From an uncultured Gammaproteobacteria bacterium (lineage in GTDB: Bacteria > Patescibacteriota > Patescibacteriia > UBA1558 > UBA10009): 64,000 bases of DNA. This document shows, one piece after another, positions 8,489 through 18,010 of this stretch (position 1 is the first letter of the stretch; the number at the start of each line of letters is the position of its first letter). The stretch lies in assembly GCA_964588165.1 (NCBI GenBank), contig CAZPMS010000003.1, forward strand, positions 74,031-138,030, given 5' to 3'. The notes beneath the pieces were generated by a model that made no database searches, was not told the origin of the DNA, and saw only the letters and a program-made list of their open reading frames with translations. The translations under genes and the position numbers were made by a program.

Positions 8489-8700
8489 TTGTTTATTTAA
8501 TCTTTTTAATAATTAATATTTATTCTAAATCAGTCCTGAGCTTGCCGAAGGGCACATCTTTTTTACTGAAGCACGAACTTTTATAAATATTTAGGTAATT
8601 TAGGATGCTAGGAGGTTAGGAAATTAGTTAAATAAAAAATTAGTTAAAAATATTAATCTTCTGTTATTCTGTCATTCTAACCTTCTGTCATTCTAAAAAC

Positions 8701-8949
8701 TTAAAGCCTAAAAGTAATTCTTCCTTTGGTTAAATCGTATGGGGTCATTTCTACCTTAACTTTATCCCCGGGAACCAGTTTAATATGGTACATTCTCATT
8801 TTTCCGGAAAGGTGGGCCAAAATTTCATGGCCGTTTTCCAGCTTTACCCTAAAACTGGCTGCCGGCAGAAGTTCTTCAACAGTACCGACCACCTCAATAA
8901 ACCCCTTTTTATTTGTTTTTGGTTGATTATCCTCCATTTTAAGTAACAA
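8701..8949 (-). CDS. infA: Translation initiation factor IF-1 (likely start at MEDNQ..., about 8937)
   Basis: [63 protein letters not shown], an S1-like IF-1 signature. Confidence 0.9.
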   Translation of the reverse strand: MLLKMEDNQPKTNKKGFIEVVGTVEELLPAASFRVKLENGHEILAHLSGKMRMYHIKLVPGDKVKVEMTPYDLTKGRITFRL

Positions 8950-9121
8950 AAAAGGAATTCCACATACTCTTTGTCAGGTTTTTAACTAGAACTCAAAAAT
9001 ATGGGGAATTTTCCAATAATTTAAGGAAAATTAAATTGTTTTACTTATAAATATTACGTAAGGCTTATTTTACATTAAAGGCTAAATATGTCAAGGATAT
9101 TACTGTTAATATTTATTAAAC

Positions 9122-9150
9122 TTGACATTTTTCATAAAATATGCTATTAT
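9122..9150 (+). promoter_or_regulatory. Strong sigma70-like promoter TTGACA-17-TATTAT upstream of the structured leader of the 9321 ORF
   Basis: cttgacatttttcataaaatatgctattat read directly. Confidence 0.35.
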
Positions 9151-9320
9151 TAAATATTGTTCTTTACTAAATCAATTGTATTCGTAGCAGTGAAAAAAGT
9201 GCTAAATTAAAGTTCTCTTTTCGTTGCTACGGATGAGCCGTAGCGACAAAACCTTACGTTTATTCGGGTACTCCACCCTGAATGAACTCATCTGCCTACA
9301 ACGGGCAAAAGGAGTGTTGT

Positions 9321-9713
9321 ATGATTGCGACCAAGTTTAGCAAAGGTGTAAGGTTAGCATTGGCTTTCCTTATAAGTATCCAATTTGGTGAAGTAAACGG
9401 TTTACCAAAACCAAACTGGGAAAACTTCCACTTTTTTTACAGGATTACCGCGACTAAACCAGCCAAAGGCAGAAAGAGAACAGGCGAAGGATCTCCCTAT
9501 CAAGAATTAACTCGAAGAGTTCGATTCTATGGATATAAAGGTGAGCTTCTTGCAGTAATTTGGCTTAAAGGCCATCAATTTACTTCTACCCCAGTTACCT
9601 ATTGGCGGGTAATGAAGGTTGAGTATCGCCGGCAATATTTTGAAGGCAATATAAATGTTGAACCTGATTGGTTCGAAACTTCTATCTCAGCAGTTCAATC
9701 TAGTTTGGTATAA
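9321..9713 (+). CDS. Hypothetical protein (130 aa) with hydrophobic N-terminus; GC content clearly above local background
   Basis: The ORF-track frame 9282-9713 contains an internal ATG at about 9321. That ATG is preceded by a strong SD (aaaaggag, 6 nt spacer). No family was recognised. Basic Trp/Tyr-rich C-terminal half. Confidence 0.45.
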   Translation: MIATKFSKGVRLALAFLISIQFGEVNGLPKPNWENFHFFYRITATKPAKGRKRTGEGSPYQELTRRVRFYGYKGELLAVIWLKGHQFTSTPVTYWRVMKVEYRRQYFEGNINVEPDWFETSISAVQSSLV

Positions 9714-9774
9714 GCTACCAGATTACTCAACATTACTCAACCCTTACAGAAATTATTCTGTCGGGGTTTTTATT

Positions 9775-11640
9775 TTATTCTAAAACAGCTTTTATTCTTC
9801 TAATGCCGGCAGATGAAGCTTGTTCTTTTTTAATTTTGAACTTACCTAAACTTCCAATTGACTCCACATGAGGACCGCCACAAATCTCTTTTGACCAGTC
9901 ACCAACTGAATATACCTTTACTTTGTTGCCATATTTATCGCCAAACAATCCAATTGCTCCTGCCTTCTTAGCCTCATCAACACTCATTTCTTCAAAACTA
10001 ACTGGTATATCTTCTTTAATTTTTGTATTGACGATTTCTTCAACTTTAGTTTTTTCCTCATCTGTTAGTTTTTCCGGATGAGAAAAATCAAACCGCAATC
10101 TTTTTTCGGTAATGTTACTCCCCTTTTGTTGAACATGATCGCCTAAAACTTCCCGCAAAGCCTGGTGTAACATATGTGTTGCTGTGTGATACCTTATAGA
10201 CATCTCGGAGGTATCAACCAAGCCTCCCTTAAACATTCCGGCTGAAGAAGTTTTAGAAAGGTCTTGATGCTTTTTCATTTCTTCACGAAATTCATTTTTA
10301 ATTCTTTCTAGCTGAGGAATTACAAAATGATAACCTCTACTTTTTAATTCTTCTATTGATAATTCATAAGGGAACCCAAATGTTTGATATAAATCAAATA
10401 GCCATTTTCCATCAATATCATTAGGGTCTGAAGGTGTGAATCCAATATGTCCTTCGACTGGACTTAAATCCTGAACAACAACTTTCTTACCTGAAATTTT
10501 TGTATTAGATTCCATAGATTTATTTAAAACCTTCAAACCTTTTACTAAAGTTTTTTCAAAACCCTCCTCTTCTTTATTTAATTCATCAATTACCTTTTGC
10601 TTATTCCTTTCCAATTCAGGATAATTTTTTTTATATAAATCCACGACAATATTTACGATTGGAGTTGTAACGTCTTCTTTTAGCGGAATACCAATTTTTT
10701 TAGCATGCCTTATAGCCCTTCTGATTAATTTTCTTAGCACATAGCCCTGATCTAAATTTGAAGGTGATATACCGTGGTCATCGGCCATAATAAAAATGGC
10801 AGCCCGTAGATGGTCCACTATAATTCTGCCGGATTCTTCGTTATAATCTTTAGCTTCTAATTTTACTTGATTAATCAGTTTTGATAAATTTTCAGTTTCG
10901 TAAATATTACTTTTATTTTGCATCACTGCCGCAACTCTTTCTAAGCCTAAACCTGTATCAACATTTTTCTTTTTGAGTGAAATATATTTTCCTGTCTTAG
11001 TTCTTTCATATTCCATAAAAACATTATTCCAAATTTCAAGCCACCTATTGTCGTCCGGATTAAAAACTTCGGGTACATCCAGCTCAGCTGGACCGGTCCA
11101 ATAAAATATTTCTGTATCCGGGCCTTGTGGTCCAACAAATTTACCACCGGCTGGCCACCAGTTTTCATCTTTATCCAATTTAGCAATTCTTTTTTCTGAT
11201 ATACCTAAGTCTTTCCATAAATTATATGACTCCTCATCAAACTGACTATCATCATCACCTTCAAAAACAGAAACGGCCAATTTATTTGAATCTAAACCCA
11301 ACCAATTTTTATCAGTTAAAAATTCATAAGACCATTTTATAGCCTCTTCTTTCCAATAATCACCAAGAGACCAGTTGCCCATCATTTCAAAAAAAGTTAA
11401 ATGCGAGTTATCACCTACTTCATCTATATCGCCGGTTCTGATACATTTTTGAAAATTGACCAACTTGTTGCCTGCTGGATGTTTTTCGCCCATTAAAAAA
11501 GGCACCAAAGGGTGCATACCGGCAGTAGTAAATAAAACTGAAGGGTCATTTTCCGGAATTAAAGAAGCAGAAGGGATTATACTGTGCTCCTTCTCCTTAA
11601 AAAAATCCAAGTATTTTTGCCTGATTTCGTTTGCTTTCAT
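9775..11640 (-). CDS. alaS: Alanine--tRNA ligase, short CPR-type (catalytic + editing domains, no C-Ala domain)
   Basis: FTTAGMHPLVPF class II aaRS motif near the N-terminus. Editing-domain HTATHMLHQALREVLGDHVQQKGS. Ends in ...CGGPHVESIGSLGKFKIKKE. The likely start is MKANEIRQKY. Confidence 0.9.
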   Translation of the reverse strand: MKANEIRQKYLDFFKEKEHSIIPSASLIPENDPSVLFTTAGMHPLVPFLMGEKHPAGNKLVNFQKCIRTGDIDEVGDNSHLTFFEMMGNWSLGDYWKEEAIKWSYEFLTDKNWLGLDSNKLAVSVFEGDDDSQFDEESYNLWKDLGISEKRIAKLDKDENWWPAGGKFVGPQGPDTEIFYWTGPAELDVPEVFNPDDNRWLEIWNNVFMEYERTKTGKYISLKKKNVDTGLGLERVAAVMQNKSNIYETENLSKLINQVKLEAKDYNEESGRIIVDHLRAAIFIMADDHGISPSNLDQGYVLRKLIRRAIRHAKKIGIPLKEDVTTPIVNIVVDLYKKNYPELERNKQKVIDELNKEEEGFEKTLVKGLKVLNKSMESNTKISGKKVVVQDLSPVEGHIGFTPSDPNDIDGKWLFDLYQTFGFPYELSIEELKSRGYHFVIPQLERIKNEFREEMKKHQDLSKTSSAGMFKGGLVDTSEMSIRYHTATHMLHQALREVLGDHVQQKGSNITEKRLRFDFSHPEKLTDEEKTKVEEIVNTKIKEDIPVSFEEMSVDEAKKAGAIGLFGDKYGNKVKVYSVGDWSKEICGGPHVESIGSLGKFKIKKEQASSAGIRRIKAVLE

Positions 11641-11932
11641 GATGTAATAATAAACCAACAAAATATTGATGTCAATTTAAATCAAAAAAAGGCGGATTTA
11701 TTAGAAAATAGATAATGTAATTAGTAATAATCTTGACAAAATTTGTAATCAAGTCTAAGATACGGCAAGTAAAAAAATGTATGTCCTTTTAAAAAATTTT
11801 AACAGTAGATATTTGGAAATTATAAACTATAAATTTTGAATATCTGCTGTTAAATTAGCAGAAAACAGAAAGTTGTCAGGCAAGAAGTCTGGCGTAAAAC
11901 AAATCTTTCTAACTCATTTGGGAGGATGTACC

Positions 11933-12658
11933 ATGAAGACCGCAACTACTATATTTATGTTATTGATCCTTCTGTTTTTCATCTCTGGGTCTATCGCTTT
12001 GGGACAAGTTTCAATTACAATTACTCCTCATGATCCGCCAGTTACAATCCCAAACGAGGGAGGCGATATCTACTACGACATATTGGTTATAAACAATACA
12101 GCAAACGAAGTTCAGGGTGATGTTTGGACCGCAATCGGTTTTCCGGGCGGTGGCTCTGACTCGCCTGTCGCACGGTGGCTAGGTTACTCAATTGATCCCT
12201 ACGACTCCCTCGGCTTTACAGACTGCCTGTTAGTTATACCCGGCAGCGCCCCAACCGGATGGTACACCTACCGCGCTAATGTTGGTCAGTTAACTGCTCC
12301 TCCCACAGTTGTAGACTATGACCAGTTTCAGTTTTTAAAACTAGGTCCTTTCGGACCTTCCGACATCTTAGGGCAGAAATTTTCGCTACCAACCGAGTTT
12401 GGCCTAGTGAACATCTTCCCCAATCCGTTCAACGCGCAAGCAACAGTTGAGATCTCGCTACCGAGTGAATCTGAGTTAACGCTGAACGTCTACAATTTAC
12501 AAGGACGTTTGGTGGCAACTTTAGCCGAGGAATCATACCCGGCCGGTGAACACCAATTCAGCTTTAATGCCAGCCGTCTGGCCAGTGGCATGTACATCAT
12601 CCACGCACAGGTTCCTGGACAGCTAAGCGCAACCCAGCGAGTTACCTTGCTGAAATAG
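11933..12658 (+). CDS. Secreted protein with signal peptide and a C-terminal T9SS/Por-secretion-type sorting domain (CTD); GC content about 50%, atypical for this window
   Basis: ATG at 11933, preceded by ggagg. Signal peptide MKTATTIFMLLILLFFISGSIALG. C-terminus LVNIFPNPFNAQATVEISLPSESELTLNVYNLQGRLVATLAEESYPAGEHQFSFNASRLASGMYIIHAQV...RVTLLK, which fits the TIGR04183-like pattern. Confidence 0.7.
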   Translation: MKTATTIFMLLILLFFISGSIALGQVSITITPHDPPVTIPNEGGDIYYDILVINNTANEVQGDVWTAIGFPGGGSDSPVARWLGYSIDPYDSLGFTDCLLVIPGSAPTGWYTYRANVGQLTAPPTVVDYDQFQFLKLGPFGPSDILGQKFSLPTEFGLVNIFPNPFNAQATVEISLPSESELTLNVYNLQGRLVATLAEESYPAGEHQFSFNASRLASGMYIIHAQVPGQLSATQRVTLLK

Positions 12659-12682
12659 TTTCAAATTCAAAAACCGCAACCA

Positions 12683-12722
12683 AAACAGCCTTCTCTAAAT
12701 CAGAGGAGGCTGTATTTTTATA
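12683..12722 (+). terminator. Rho-independent terminator after the T9SS-CTD gene
   Basis: acagccttctctaaatcagaggaggctgt hairpin followed by atttttat. Confidence 0.5.
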
Positions 12723-12750
12723 CTTCAATTAGTTTACTTAACATCTGATC

Positions 12751-13398
12751 TCATTTGCTTTCATTATGCCTATATTCCAGCGTATTTTTTAATATATAAC
12801 CATAAAAATATCTATAAATTAATAAGCTGGCTGTTAAACCACCGGCAAAATCTGCTAATAAATCATAAAGCGTATCGTAATATACTTCACCAAATTTACC
12901 CAGCATATCAGCTCCTTCAAAAATGGAATCTATGGCATATTCATAGAATTCCCAAATAAAAGAACCGAAAATTATTAAAACAAAGTTTGCCAATAAAACA
13001 AACCACAAATTAACTCTGCCAAAAAAATGTTTTTGGAAAAAAATCGGTAAAATTGGAGTAATGGAAAAAATTAAAGCCGGATTTATAAAATGGGTAAATT
13101 TATCGTAGCCGGAATATGTTGGATCATAATAACCTGCCAGTGAGCCGAGTAAATTCAAAAAACTAACTATAGCGGCAACCAACTGAATTAAATTAATATA
13201 TTCCAGGCTTACATTTTTTCTTATCCTGGGAGAACGGGAATAAATATAAAAAGGTAGCATTATTAAAACCATAGAAAATGCATAACCGGCAAATTTTAAA
13301 TAATCCCCAAAACCAAAAAACATTAGGCAAGAAATTCCTAAAAGCCAAAGTATTAATGATACTACGAAATGATGCCTGCCTCTTAATGATGTTTTCAT
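12751..13398 (-). CDS. Hypothetical polytopic membrane protein
   Basis: 215 aa, several hydrophobic helices; overlaps the mnmA stop by 4 nt (same operon). Confidence 0.45.
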   Translation of the reverse strand: MKTSLRGRHHFVVSLILWLLGISCLMFFGFGDYLKFAGYAFSMVLIMLPFYIYSRSPRIRKNVSLEYINLIQLVAAIVSFLNLLGSLAGYYDPTYSGYDKFTHFINPALIFSITPILPIFFQKHFFGRVNLWFVLLANFVLIIFGSFIWEFYEYAIDSIFEGADMLGKFGEVYYDTLYDLLADFAGGLTASLLIYRYFYGYILKNTLEYRHNESK

Positions 13399-14459
13399 AA
13401 AATTTTACCTCCTCCTAAACATAGTTTATCTTTATAAAAAACTACAAATTGGCCGGGAGTTATAGCCCGCTGTTTTTCTTTAAATTTGACATTGATTCGT
13501 GCTACGTGATTCGTGCTACGTGTTACGTGACACTCTTGATCTTCCTGGCGATAACGGATTTTACATTTACATTTTAAAGGGAGCTTGGGTTCTGCTCCGT
13601 CAATCCAATGTATTTCATTAGCTACCAGCTCATTTTTAAACAAAGCTTCATCCTTATCGCCTCTGGATACAATTAATTTATTGCTATCCAGATTTTTGTC
13701 AACCACATAATAAGGAATCCCTCCGCCAACGCCTATGCCCCGGCGCTGGCCGATTGTATAATACCAAACCCCTTCGTGTTCCCCTATTTTTTTTCCTTCG
13801 GTTGTAATAATTTCACCGGTTTTTGGTTTTATTCTTGATTTTAAAAACTCTTTCATTTCAACCTCGCCTACAAAACAAATTCCTTGGCTATCTTTTTTTT
13901 CGGCAGTTGCCAAGCCATATTTTTTTGCCAACAAACGAACCTTGGTTTTTTTGAACTCGCCGATCGGAAAAAGGCATTTTGATAACTGTTCTTTGGTTAT
14001 TTGATATAAAAAATACGATTGGTCTTTATTGCTATCTTTTCCCTTGGCTAACTTATTATTTTTATTTCTAACATAGTGGCCGGTGGCCACAAAATCCGCT
14101 CCACGATCTAAAGCATAATCTAAAAAAGCTTTAAACTTAATTTTGCTGTTACATAAAATATCCGGATTAGGCGTTCGGCCATCTTTATATTCTTTAAATA
14201 AGTATTCAACAACCTGTTCTCTATATTCTTTTTCAAAACTTACCACTGATAAGTTTATACCCAGCTGGCTGGCTACCAAGCGGGCATCTTTTTCGTCTGC
14301 CTTTAATGGGCACATCATTAGGCCTTCAGCTGCCGATTTTGGCGTCCAATTTTTCATAAAAACCGCTTCCACCTCAAAACCCTGCTCTAAAAGCAGGGCG
14401 CAGGTAACGGAAGAATCTACTCCCCCAGACAATGCCACTATTACTTTCTTTTTATCCAT
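13395..14459 (-). CDS. mnmA: tRNA-specific 2-thiouridylase MnmA
   Basis: VIVALSGGVDSSVTCALLLEQGFEVEAVFMKNW PP-loop signature and full-length MnmA architecture. Confidence 0.9.
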   Translation of the reverse strand: MDKKKVIVALSGGVDSSVTCALLLEQGFEVEAVFMKNWTPKSAAEGLMMCPLKADEKDARLVASQLGINLSVVSFEKEYREQVVEYLFKEYKDGRTPNPDILCNSKIKFKAFLDYALDRGADFVATGHYVRNKNNKLAKGKDSNKDQSYFLYQITKEQLSKCLFPIGEFKKTKVRLLAKKYGLATAEKKDSQGICFVGEVEMKEFLKSRIKPKTGEIITTEGKKIGEHEGVWYYTIGQRRGIGVGGGIPYYVVDKNLDSNKLIVSRGDKDEALFKNELVANEIHWIDGAEPKLPLKCKCKIRYRQEDQECHVTRSTNHVARINVKFKEKQRAITPGQFVVFYKDKLCLGGGKIL

Positions 14460-14554
14460 TAGCTTATATTATACAAAATAACCAGATTAAATAAACCTTT
14501 TTTAAAAATATATGGTATAATTAAGTTAATAAATTTGAATTTTTTGGTTATTTT

Positions 14555-15232
14555 ATGAAAAAAAGACATAGATTCGGAGCTATTATGATAATTATTGTAA
14601 TAGCTTTTTTAGTTTTAGTAAGCACTGCCTACATTGGTCCTGTCAAAGATTACGGTTGTGCACAACAATCCCTTTACAATCATAAATGGAAAGATGCCTT
14701 TGAAGCTAAATACGTTATTTGCCAAAGATCTAAGCCAGCAGGTTGGATTTATCCTGGCGCCTTTGTCCAACATAATACCAAACAAGTTACCCGAGGCATT
14801 CTTATTGAAGGCAACCTAATTAAAGGAAGCAGCAATTATATTCCTATTTTTAGATTTGATAATTATTTATTAGCTTTTAATTTAATCGAAAATAAATCTA
14901 AAATTATTTTTATAGATGAAGCCGGTTTGCATCTAACAAAAAATGATGTAAATTTTATTAATTTAAAAAATGTCGTAAGGTATAGCGATGGAAAACTTTT
15001 TTTTGTTAAAAATGATAAATCATTAAACACCTACGATCTAACTAACAATAGTATAAAAACAGTTGATGATGCAATTAATGGTTTAGTTAACGGTTCATCA
15101 AAAAAATATGGCATTATTATTCCAAGTGATCCAGAAAATGTAATTGTTAAAGGCGACCCTTCGGATTTTGGACTTAAATATAATTTTGATTTTTGGTTTA
15201 ATGTTCATCAATCAATGTTTTATTTTAAATAA
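14555..15232 (+). CDS. Hypothetical secreted/membrane-anchored protein
   Basis: N-terminal TM/signal anchor IMIIIVIAFLVLVSTAYIG; no recognised domain. Confidence 0.45.
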   Translation: MKKRHRFGAIMIIIVIAFLVLVSTAYIGPVKDYGCAQQSLYNHKWKDAFEAKYVICQRSKPAGWIYPGAFVQHNTKQVTRGILIEGNLIKGSSNYIPIFRFDNYLLAFNLIENKSKIIFIDEAGLHLTKNDVNFINLKNVVRYSDGKLFFVKNDKSLNTYDLTNNSIKTVDDAINGLVNGSSKKYGIIIPSDPENVIVKGDPSDFGLKYNFDFWFNVHQSMFYFK

Positions 15233-15255
15233 ATTTAATTATTAATATAATCTCA

Positions 15256-16242
15256 ATGAACTATTTAATAGTCGTTTGCCTAATTGTTTTATCCGGTTTG
15301 TTTTCTGGATTAACTTTAGGCTTATTAAGTTTGGATAAAAATGAATTAAAAAGAAAAATTTCCTTAGGCAATAAAGAAGCTAAAAAAGTTTATCCTGTAA
15401 GAAAAAAGGGGAACCTCTTGTTATGTACTTTGCTGTTAGGAAACGTGGGGGTAAATTCCGCACTTGCTATTTTTTTAGGAGATTTAGCCAGCGGAGTTAT
15501 TGCCGGTTTTACCGCTACCGGTTTAATTGTTATTTTTGGTGAAATTATCCCCCAAGCTACCTTTGCCAGGCACGCCCTTAAAGTTGGTGCCAAAACCGCC
15601 TGGTTGGTTAAAATATTTATTTTTATTTTGTATCCTATCTGCAAACCTATTTCCTGGATTTTAGATAAAACTTTAGGCGATGAAATGCCCACAATTTATT
15701 CAAAAAAAGAATTAATTAAAATAGTTGAAGAGCATGAAAGCAATAAGGAAAGTGATGTAGATGCCGACGAAGAAAGGATTATTAAAGGCGCTCTTTCTTA
15801 TTCTGACGAAACAGTAAAAGATGTCATGACTCCTAAATCAGTAATTTACGCTTTAAATATTAACTCTGCCTTAAACCAAAAACAATTAGACGAAATCAAA
15901 AAACATGGCTTTACCAGGATTCCGGTTTACAAAAATGAAATTGATAATATCATTGGCCTTTTATATGTTAAAGATATTATTGATGTAAAACTGGGTACTA
16001 AAGTAAAAAATGTTTATAGAAAAGAAAAGTTACTATTTGTCCCGCCAAATTTAAAACTGGACCGGCTGTTAAATTTATTCATAAAATCAAAAAAGCATTT
16101 AGCTTTTGTAAAAAACAATGGCCAGACTTTGGAAGGTGTAGCTACCTTAGAAGATGTTATTGAAGAAATTCTTAAAGTGGAAATTGTTGATGAAACTGAT
16201 ACCATTACTGATATGCAAAAAGAAGCTAAAAATAAAAAATAG
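15256..16242 (+). CDS. CNNM/CorC/TlyC-family transporter (DUF21 membrane domain + CBS pair), putative Mg2+/Co2+ efflux
   Basis: N-terminal DUF21-like TM region, then CBS-domain-like stretches (DVMTPKSVIYALNINS..., ...LLYVKDII...). Confidence 0.75.
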   Translation: MNYLIVVCLIVLSGLFSGLTLGLLSLDKNELKRKISLGNKEAKKVYPVRKKGNLLLCTLLLGNVGVNSALAIFLGDLASGVIAGFTATGLIVIFGEIIPQATFARHALKVGAKTAWLVKIFIFILYPICKPISWILDKTLGDEMPTIYSKKELIKIVEEHESNKESDVDADEERIIKGALSYSDETVKDVMTPKSVIYALNINSALNQKQLDEIKKHGFTRIPVYKNEIDNIIGLLYVKDIIDVKLGTKVKNVYRKEKLLFVPPNLKLDRLLNLFIKSKKHLAFVKNNGQTLEGVATLEDVIEEILKVEIVDETDTITDMQKEAKNKK

Positions 16243-16243
16243 T

Positions 16244-16657
16244 ATGGAAAAATGTCCAAAAATAGGTGTTGGCGTAATAGTAACTAAAGACAACAAAGTT
16301 TTATTGGGCCAAAGAAAAGGCTCTCATGGTAATGGTTATTGGTGTTTTCCGGGAGGGCATTTGGAATTTAATGAAGAAGTTGAAGCCTGTGCTAAACGTG
16401 AGGTTTTGGAAGAAGCCGGTATAGAGATTGATAAATTAAAAATAGGCCCTTATACCAATGATTTCCATCTAGATGAAGATAAGCACTATATAACTTTATT
16501 TGTGGTTTCTGAATATAAATCGGGTGATATCCAAATCTTAGAGCCGGATAAAATGGTTAAATGGGATTGGTTTAGCTGGGACAATCTGCCGGAACCACTG
16601 TTTTTACCCGTAAAAAACTTACTTAAACAAGGCTATAACCCTTTTAAATGTAACTAA
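16244..16657 (+). CDS. NUDIX hydrolase (MutT-like)
   Basis: Nudix box GGHLEFNEEVEACAKREVLEEAGI. The track ORF starts earlier, overlapping the upstream gene; ATG at 16244 (MEKCPKIGVGVIV) is preferred. Confidence 0.8.
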   Translation: MEKCPKIGVGVIVTKDNKVLLGQRKGSHGNGYWCFPGGHLEFNEEVEACAKREVLEEAGIEIDKLKIGPYTNDFHLDEDKHYITLFVVSEYKSGDIQILEPDKMVKWDWFSWDNLPEPLFLPVKNLLKQGYNPFKCN

Positions 16658-16689
16658 AAACTGCTAGATTCTATCGCCTCTCGACAAGC

Positions 16690-16750
16690 TCGAGACTCCC
16701 CGCCTGCCGTGCCTAGCACTGGCGGGCAGGCAGAATAACAGCAGTTTTTT
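16690..16750. terminator. GC-rich hairpin plus T-run; bidirectional terminator between NUDIX (+) and the convergent 83-aa gene (-)
   Basis: cctgccgtgcctagcactggcgggcagg hairpin followed by aataacagcagtttttttta. Confidence 0.5.
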
Positions 16751-16757
16751 TTATAAA

Positions 16758-17009
16758 TTAAGATTTGGCAAAACCTTTCTCCAATTCTAACAGCCTTCTA
16801 TCGTGCTCCCATAATGAAGCTTTGACTTCTTTACGTTCATGATCATAACTTTGAACAATATTAAGAATTAACTGCAATTTTTTATCTTGCTCATCAAAAC
16901 GTTTATCTACCCCATCAAAACGTTTATCTACTTCAATAAAACGCTCTTGAATGGCTGTAAAATACTGTTCTAAAGTTTTTTTACTCATAGTTTCTTTATT
17001 TTTTGACAT
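16758..17009 (-). CDS. Small coiled-coil hypothetical protein with internal VDKRFDG/VDKRFDE repeat
   Basis: 83 aa; tandem 18-19 bp DNA repeat (catcaaaacgtttatctac x2) encodes the repeat. Confidence 0.4.
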   Translation of the reverse strand: MSKNKETMSKKTLEQYFTAIQERFIEVDKRFDGVDKRFDEQDKKLQLILNIVQSYDHERKEVKASLWEHDRRLLELEKGFAKS

Positions 17010-17124
17010 AGGATCAATTGTTAATAGTAATTGACCCCGGACTTATATTTTAATTTATTAATATATTAGTGTCAATTAAAAAACCGCCCTGCGCAGTCGA
17101 AGGACGGTTTTATTTTTACTTATT

Positions 17125-17349
17125 TTATTTTTCATAATCTTCCGGTTTGCCCGAAGCCGCAACTTCATTCATAGATTCACCTTTCCCGACCTTGTTTAAT
17201 AAATCAACCAATTCTTCTAGCTGACCATCATCAAGGGTAGACAAGTCGGCGTTTTCCCAATCAACCTCTTTTAGTAAATCTCTTACTTGCTTCTCAAGAG
17301 CTTCCCTGCCCTCACTATCCTCATGAAAATCTCTTTCTTGGTTTTCCAT
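17125..17349 (-). CDS. Small acidic hypothetical protein (74 aa), higher GC
   Basis: Glu/Asp-rich; followed by terminator-like hairpin aaaaccgccctgcgcagtcgaaggacggtttt at 17070-17105. Confidence 0.4.
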   Translation of the reverse strand: MENQERDFHEDSEGREALEKQVRDLLKEVDWENADLSTLDDGQLEELVDLLNKVGKGESMNEVAASGKPEDYEK

Positions 17350-17412
17350 ATATTTTTTATTAATTATTATAACCTTTGCTTATTTTACCTTCAATTACCT
17401 TTAAAGGCAAAT

Positions 17413-17940
17413 TTACTTCAGTTGGCCTTTTTTATAGGAAATGATAACTGATATGATGGCCAATAACCATAAAGCTATTTCCAGATACCAAATCCAATGG
17501 TGGAAATAATTTTCTATCATTAAGCCGCCGGTAAAATTAACATTATAAATGCCGATCATTTTATCATAAAACGGCCAAAGCCATTTAATTCCAACAAAGG
17601 TTGTATCTAAAATCAGATGAGTAAAAAAATTGGCAAATACCACAATTATGCCGTACTTTAACCATGGCTTTTTTACAATAAAATAAATGATAACTAGGAT
17701 TACTAATAAGGCTAAATATAAAATGGGATAATTAGTGTAATAATTCCTATGGCTACCAGTGCCGTATTCATCAAATAACATCCAATAAACAATATCAAAA
17801 TCCGGGGCAATGGAGGCAACCAAGCCAGCTAAAAATAACCATTTCCCCATGGTATTATTGATGGGAATTTTTAGTTTTTTTAAAATTGATTTAGTTACAA
17901 AGTAGCCGGCAGGTAAATGTCCAATTAACATATTTGACAA
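17413..17940 (-). CDS. Membrane protein, YdjM/DUF457-like (membrane-bound metal-dependent hydrolase family) candidate
   Basis: MSNMLIGHLPAGYFVTK N-terminus and 4-5 predicted TM helices. Confidence 0.4.
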   Translation of the reverse strand: MSNMLIGHLPAGYFVTKSILKKLKIPINNTMGKWLFLAGLVASIAPDFDIVYWMLFDEYGTGSHRNYYTNYPILYLALLVILVIIYFIVKKPWLKYGIIVVFANFFTHLILDTTFVGIKWLWPFYDKMIGIYNVNFTGGLMIENYFHHWIWYLEIALWLLAIISVIISYKKGQLK

Positions 17941-18010
17941 ATAGTTAAATAATTAATAAAGTACTAATGTTTTTGAACTTAAATTTAGATAAATACAGGA
18001 GGGTTTCAGG

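Noticed and set aside
13488-13530. Tandem repeat gattcgtgctacgt x2 plus partial copy
   Set aside because: It lies inside the mnmA coding region and reads through in frame (HVTRSTNHVARI). It has no spacer/repeat architecture, so it is not a CRISPR or regulatory array.
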